A stretch of 61,899 nucleotides of DNA, the filler included. It is 8 parts of 8 records of this genome, joined end to end, with 100 filler letters (N's around TTAATTAATTAA, not from the genome) between each part and the next. Parts side by side here need not be neighbours in the genome. Positions count along the whole stretch, not along the records: positions 54,567 to 61,899 come from SRR7504441_8276; 7 more parts are not named here. One strand, given 5' to 3'. The position numbers were made by a program, and so were the translations under genes. Position 1 is the stretch's first letter. Each line of letters starts with the position of its first letter. Of this stretch, positions 56,087 through 61,899 are shown in pieces. Under the pieces are notes generated by a model. It saw only the letters and a list, made by a program, of their open reading frames with translations. It was not told the origin of the DNA and did no database searches.

Positions 56087-59000
56087 TCAGTCCATTGTCT
56101 CCTCCGGCAAACTACAAAGAAGCGTGAACGCAGTGCTCCACAAGTGCGGCACACGTTTTACCCAGCAACGGTTCGACAAGGCACCAAACACTCTGTATAC
56201 CTCATAAGACCGACCGAGCTGCTGTGCGCACGTAAGCTCTTCAAAGCTGATCGGAAATGTTCCTTGCCCTAGTGCCGTGGTAGATTTAACCTCTATGAAA
56301 ACCAACTCGGTCTCTGTGCTACCCGGCACCAAGCGGCACAGACGGATATCGTAGGGCAGTCCAGCCTCACCTTGCTGGTTCATCCACTCGACTGAGAAAG
56401 TGTCATTTCGGGACTCGAGCAAATGCACCACCAGCTCTTCGCCCCAAAGCCCAATTTCTAACAGTCGCTCGCTGTCTACCGGCTGGCCCAAGCCCAGGAG
56501 CAAACTCGAGACCTCCTGAAGCTCGTCAACGGTCCAAGACTGAGCGGCCTGAGCCGGTGACAGAATTGCGCCCTCATCAGCGTCCTGCATCTGAGCCCGC
56601 ACCTCAGCCAGCTGGCGACCATCTGCAACTTGCAGCAAATCTGATTCAAGAGGTACTGGAATCGCTGTACCTGGCTGCTGTGTGGCCTTGCACTGCTGGT
56701 TCCTCGGCCGGCGGCGCGCCTCCGTATTGCTCTTCATTGCGGCAAGCAGTGCCGCGTCTAAGGTGGATGTATCAAACTCGGTATCGCTTTGGAGTACAGC
56801 AGGCAGCTCTTTCAGACCTGCCGATCCAACTTTGGCTCGTGTCGGGACGCTGGAGCATGGACTGATCCACTCTGGCATGTGCGACTCCAAAGCCTGGGCC
56901 AGCCTGGGGAAGATTTCAATCGCAAGTTGATCCAACTTGCTAATAGAGCCAACACCGCTAGCCCGCTGCAGGAGCTGGTGCATCAAAAGAGGTAGGTCTT
57001 GTGCAGCTGGGCCAATGTCCAGCTGTTCGACTAGGCGGGCCATCTGACGAGCAATCGCGACGTGACTAGCGCCTGACGTCCGCATGTACAGCGATGGGTC
57101 CTCTCCGGTCCGCAAGTCCAGCCAACAGTCGATCTCCTCCTTGCCACTATAGAGCTCGCCATGCCTAGCATGCTTGAACACAGTTGTTAAATGAAGCACG
57201 TCAGCCCTGAGCAATTGCATCTGTCGAACCTGAGTTGCAAGCTGTTTGTAATCTGTCTTTTGATCAAGCTCCACCCGTGCCCACAGCTGGAGCATTCGAC
57301 CGAGTTGCCAGTATTCAGGCACACTCGCAGCAGAAACCAGCACCGCTTCCCCTTCCGATTCCACCCGACGCTCTTTTGCGGCCGAGAGCTCTTCTAAGCC
57401 CATTAGACGGCCAAACCCTGCCAAATTGGACTTGAGATTTCTAACAACGATCCTATCCTTTGGGTCGGACTTCTTGCAGTCACGAGAGTCAACGACTCCA
57501 GGCTGCGAGACACGAAGCGTTCGGGCAAGGATATCCTCGGGTAGACTACTGCTCACGGGGGCTTGAAACCAGAGCTCCTCTAAAGGTATCCATGGAACGC
57601 GCTGGCTCATGCTAGGAAAGATTGCCCGGCCTGCAAGCACATCAAACTAATCAAAGCTGCCATGCATATGGGAAACCTGCAACAGCCTTGCATAATGCCG
57701 CTGCATATGCACCAGAAGTTGAATCTCCCTCCTCGTCATCCGATCCCTCATCAGCATAGCCCCAGTGCGAGAGTGTCCGAAAAACAACTGCCATAGCATC
57801 GGGTGTGACAGAGTCTGCCGTGGGATGACTCATGGCGACATGCTCCAACATTGAGGCATACCATCCCATATCAGGAGTGTGGCTCACACCAAGTGCTGCA
57901 AAGAATGACCCCAGACCAGGATATGCCCATTTGACTACTGTCATGCCACAGGATGTTGCAAGGGCAGACATAGCTGGTGTGATGGTAGACTTTTGGCTCA
58001 AGAGCAATGAGGTTTTGTCCTCCAAACAGCATTCGCTGGGTTTGTGCAGCCGACCTAATTGCTGGGTACTGTGGTCGGCCTTGGCTGAGTCAGGAAGCCA
58101 GATGCACCGCTTCTGTGAAAGCTCCTCAAGTTCATTTGGGGTAGCTGATGACTGGATCCATTTGTAGAGCGCTGACATGCTAGCTATAGACGAGCGGCGC
58201 TCACCAGTCCACTGATCAACCATCCGAAGCACATCATCCACCACCACGCTGGTCCGAATGCCGATCGCACTCACAAATCCTGCCGGCAACTTGGGAATGG
58301 CCACCACGGGCAAAGAGGAGCCTAACAGATGCCGAACTTCCTCATCTGGGAATAACAGCTGTAGCGGCGAGAATAAACCATCGTGTGGCGGCTGGGCCGG
58401 CAGCCATTGCGAGTCCCGAAGCTGCCTCACCCAAGATGATGTCACGTCAACAGTGACGACTGTCGTTGGATCGGCACCATCCACCACAAGCGTGGCGGTT
58501 GTAGTGGCCGCGAGGTGCACCCACTGATTGGAGAGGCTTGATGCCAATTGATGTGCAAGAGCGGTGTCTTGTGTTTCGGTAATATGAGTCAAGACGCTAT
58601 GCAGCTCTTGCGAATCAAAGTCGTTCAATATTCTTACACTAGATTCGTTCCCCAGAGCCAGTATATCGTCCCGCTGTTGCCCCAGGTCGTATGCCGACAA
58701 TTTCGACCAGCTCAAAGACTTGTCCGCACAATGGCTGGTGTGGATTGTTCTGGAAACTCCCAATCCATCCATCAATTTCAGCCAACCAGCCTCGTCGTTG
58801 TCGAGAGCCATGTACTGTGGACTTAGACACGGCCACGGCTCGACACATGCAGCCAGTGCCGGCTCCCAAACACTGAATTCGGGACCATAGTGAATCGGGG
58901 ACTGGCCCAGTCTTAGTTTAAGCCCCCGAGAATCCACTAGAAGGGCACCTGCCTCCCAGAGCAGCGCCTCGAGTTTGCCACCTGAAAGCCGACCACGTCG

Positions 59001-61899
59001 TGTCGACAAGCACTTCGAATAGGTAAGCATGCCAATCAGCGTTTCGGCAGAGTTCGTTGGATCAGCCAGCTGGGGGATCAAGTGATCAGTTACAAACGAA
59101 TCTGAGTCGACCGTCAGCATGCCAAGCCGAGAAAGAAGCATTTTAGCATTTGGATGGAGCGACAGCTCTCGTTGGAAACCACTATCAAGGACTCGGCTAT
59201 TGTGCGTAAGAAATTCTGGACACGGGCTGTCGACCGATAGCTGTAAGATTGGACCGTCCTCAAAGCACCCCATAGTACCATCATTGAGCGGGACTGCACC
59301 TAGCTGTCGCAGTTTGGAGATGAGGTTCGTGACACTGCCTTGTTCTTGCAGAGTTGACAACATGTGGCATAGCCAGGCATGAGCGCAGTCTTGTTGAGCG
59401 GTGGCTTTCGTGAGGACCCTCAGCAGCAGCTCACCAGAGAGCTCTTGTATGCCAACAGCGCTGGCCACGGGGCCGGGCACCGTGACGTCCTCATGCAGGA
59501 AGGACAGTCCAAGGCTTCGCAGAATGTCCTCGGTGTACAAATCCAGTGCCCTTGGCACTGCAGGCCGCATCACCGCCTTGCTCGGCACAACTCGGCTGCC
59601 AGCACCCACCGGCGCGATAGGGCGATCTTGGAGTAAGAGCAACACAGACCGTGACGTGCTTGCGAAAAAGTCCAGGGTTTCTAAGGGGATCAGCTGAAAC
59701 AGTAGATTGTACATGCGCACACCACGTTCCTCGTTGTAATCTCCACCGGCAACCTCGACATCTTCAAAGCATGCCTCTGCCATCGCAGCGAGTTGTACCA
59801 GCGCTTGTACGATGACCTCCGGCAACTCACTGCGCAGCCACTGGTTCCACGGCGAGCTAGCCTGCACCGCCTCCCGTGAGCTGGGTACCACAAAATTGGC
59901 CTGCACAATGAAGCGAAACCCGTAAGACCGCAGAGGCAAATACGCATACACTTCTCGCTGCGATTCTGCAGAAAGGAGAGGAAGTGCGACGGCAAGCTCT
60001 GTGTGCCGCACACCGTTGTTGTCGACGTGCGCTGCATGGACTACACGCCGTTCGATGAGCCAGTCCTCAGAGATAGTGGTTGCCTTGCCATTCCGGAAGG
60101 TCGTGTGACTCAGGCGAGTGATGGGCATACCCTCTGGACTCTGCGCGTCTGCTTTCCACATCTTATGTACAGTGGAATGTTCGGCAGAGTGGTCTTCAAT
60201 GCATATCACCTTTATCTTGTGCAAGAAAAGCAACAGGGACGGGCGAATGGAGCTGATGTAACCTCGGCACTCGCTTGCTTTGACGCCACCAAGAGGGAGC
60301 ACCACTGACGTCCCTTCACCCGTCCACCATTCGGGTGCACCAATTGCAATAGGCACAATATATCCCAATCCATTATTTCCAGAGGCGTCAAATTGCAAAT
60401 GAAAGCCACGCGAGTGAATTTGTGGCTGTGCAGTGACTTTGAAAACGCTCTTGAATCCGATGCCCTTCCTTCCGATGTATCCAGTTGTTGCTGCCTTTGT
60501 ACTTTCACCTATTGAGGCAAGAGCCAACACGTGCTTTTCTAAAAACCCAATCTCGTTGCAACTGAAACGGAGCTCATTCGACTCCAGCATGATTGTTACA
60601 GTTGGGGTGCAATTGCTGCTGTAATCGTTGTCATCAAAATTCTGGAGGAGTTCCAACGCAAAGTGAATCTCCTTGGAATATAGCTCTGCGGCTAGCCGCT
60701 GAATGCTACGATTTGTTACACCGTGAAGCTCAACAAACGCCTGTTGCATCTCTAAATTCCCATCCATGGCCAGTCCAAGGCCGAACTTGTTCCTGATTCG
60801 ATTACATATCTCGTGAGATGGGTCTTCTGCGTCTGTCTCGAGCACATCAGTCGCTGTGCGGGTCGGTTTGGCGATCCCTGCAGTCTCTGTGCAGCTGATG
60901 GCCTTACCATCAGTAGCCAGGACTCGCTCCACAGGCAAGCTCGCCGCTCCAGGCCCGCTGCTCAGCTGATTTAGGACCTCAAGCAGAGGCCTCCACTCCG
61001 ATAGTCGAGCCAGCGTGGGCTTGCCGAGCGCTTCCCCGATGCATCTGAGAGCTGCTAGATCTCTAGGCTCCACACACACATTAATCAGTCGCTGCTCGCC
61101 ATCTGGTTCTCGCAGCAAGGGCGCCGCAAGCACAGGGGCAGCCAGCACCGCACAAAGTTCGAGCGGGATCTGCCTGATTGTACACATGGTAAAAAGGTCA
61201 AGGCACAGTGGTGCGTAAATTTGTACAGCCTGCTGCATGTGCTTGTGCACCATCTCCGCCAGCAGATCGAGAGGCATTTGTTCAATCTGTCCAGCCTCGA
61301 CTGCCATCCCAAGCAAGGCCTCAGCAGTGCGTGATGGGTCCATATCACCAAGAGCATTCTCCACATCACGCACCGACCTAGGCTCGCAGCGAATGTATTG
61401 CTGACATGCAACGATCCGGAAGCTGTTCTGAATGCTGCAGCTTGTATCTTCCGGATGAGTTCGGATGGCCGGCCCTAGAGGACCAACATCGCAACCACAG
61501 GGTACACGGCCAGCCTTGTTCATCAGAGTGACCAGGCCATCTTGGCAGATCCTGTTCGAACCCTGACTGTCCAGTGCACTCACGGCAAGCACCAGCCCGT
61601 CCGACCCATATGGCCTATCGAAGCCTTCTTTTGTGGGTACTGCCGGTGGACCGGAGCCGAAGAACTCATTGAGCGTTTCAGTATGGGCGGCACAGAACTC
61701 AAGGAACGACGGGAATTCAGTTCCTAGCTTGGCAAAGGCGCTGACCGAACCAAGCTCACAGATCCTCAGCTCAGCTGAACTTAAACGAGCTATCATGTCA
61801 TCGCCTCTGCTGTCGTTAAGAATACCACACAGATTGTCTAGCAAAATTGCGACCGGCACTGCTGGTAAGAGCGGCAACTTGTTGCCCTCGGACTCATTC
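56087..61899 (-). CDS. NO VEIN-like protein (sacsin-type GHKL ATPase + C-terminal DUF3883 PD-(D/E)xK domain); 5' end outside the window
   Basis: N-terminal motifs LAAELYS..HFALELLQNFDD, GESTK, IGRKGIGFKSVF and YLPLRSYGF; C-terminal IGLWGEELV...WMN...PYDI...FIEVKST. ORFs 57651-61877 and 56087-57640 are joined by a 46-nt intron at 57631..57676. Confidence 0.85.

Noticed and set aside
57631..57676. Apparent frameshift or split in the NO VEIN-like gene (likewise in GDA, COPA and the ATPase)
   Set aside because: Explained by ordinary short GT-AG introns that restore the frame.
1..61899. Functional gene cluster spanning the window (for example CAZymes plus the NOV-like nuclease)
   Set aside because: The genes lie on eight unlinked contigs, so order across spacers is arbitrary.

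Overview
This is eukaryotic DNA from a gene-dense, GC-rich flagellate protist; I cannot assign the lineage. The window is eight contigs joined by artificial 100-nt spacers (44 N + TTAATTAATTAA + 44 N), so adjacency across spacers is not biological. Genes are interrupted by many very short spliceosomal introns (mostly 37-47 nt, one 25 nt), so the ORF track is fragmented and I spliced the gene models by eye. Recognisable genes: plant-type LRR protein, guanine deaminase, SF-assemblin-like protein, coatomer alpha, RNI-like LRR protein, WRKY-domain factor, ankyrin proteins, EXPERA/EBP protein, kinesin-4, RTEL1, a DH-PH-GRAM-TBC protein, a beta-helix CAZyme, NSUN6, long coiled-coil proteins, a GH59-BNR fusion, P5A-ATPase, an Egt2-like PLP lyase and a NO VEIN-like GHKL ATPase-nuclease. 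Most notable: (1) frequent GC-AG mini-introns with degenerate donors; (2) a glycosidase-like gene whose core fragment lies inverted between its N- and C-terminal parts; (3) a WHKYGQK WRKY factor hidden behind four 38-nt introns; (4) pervasive ~9-13 bp tandem micro-duplications in intergenic DNA; (5) unusual domain fusions. No rRNA, tRNA, CRISPR array or transposon was supported. All family calls come from motif recognition, not database searches.
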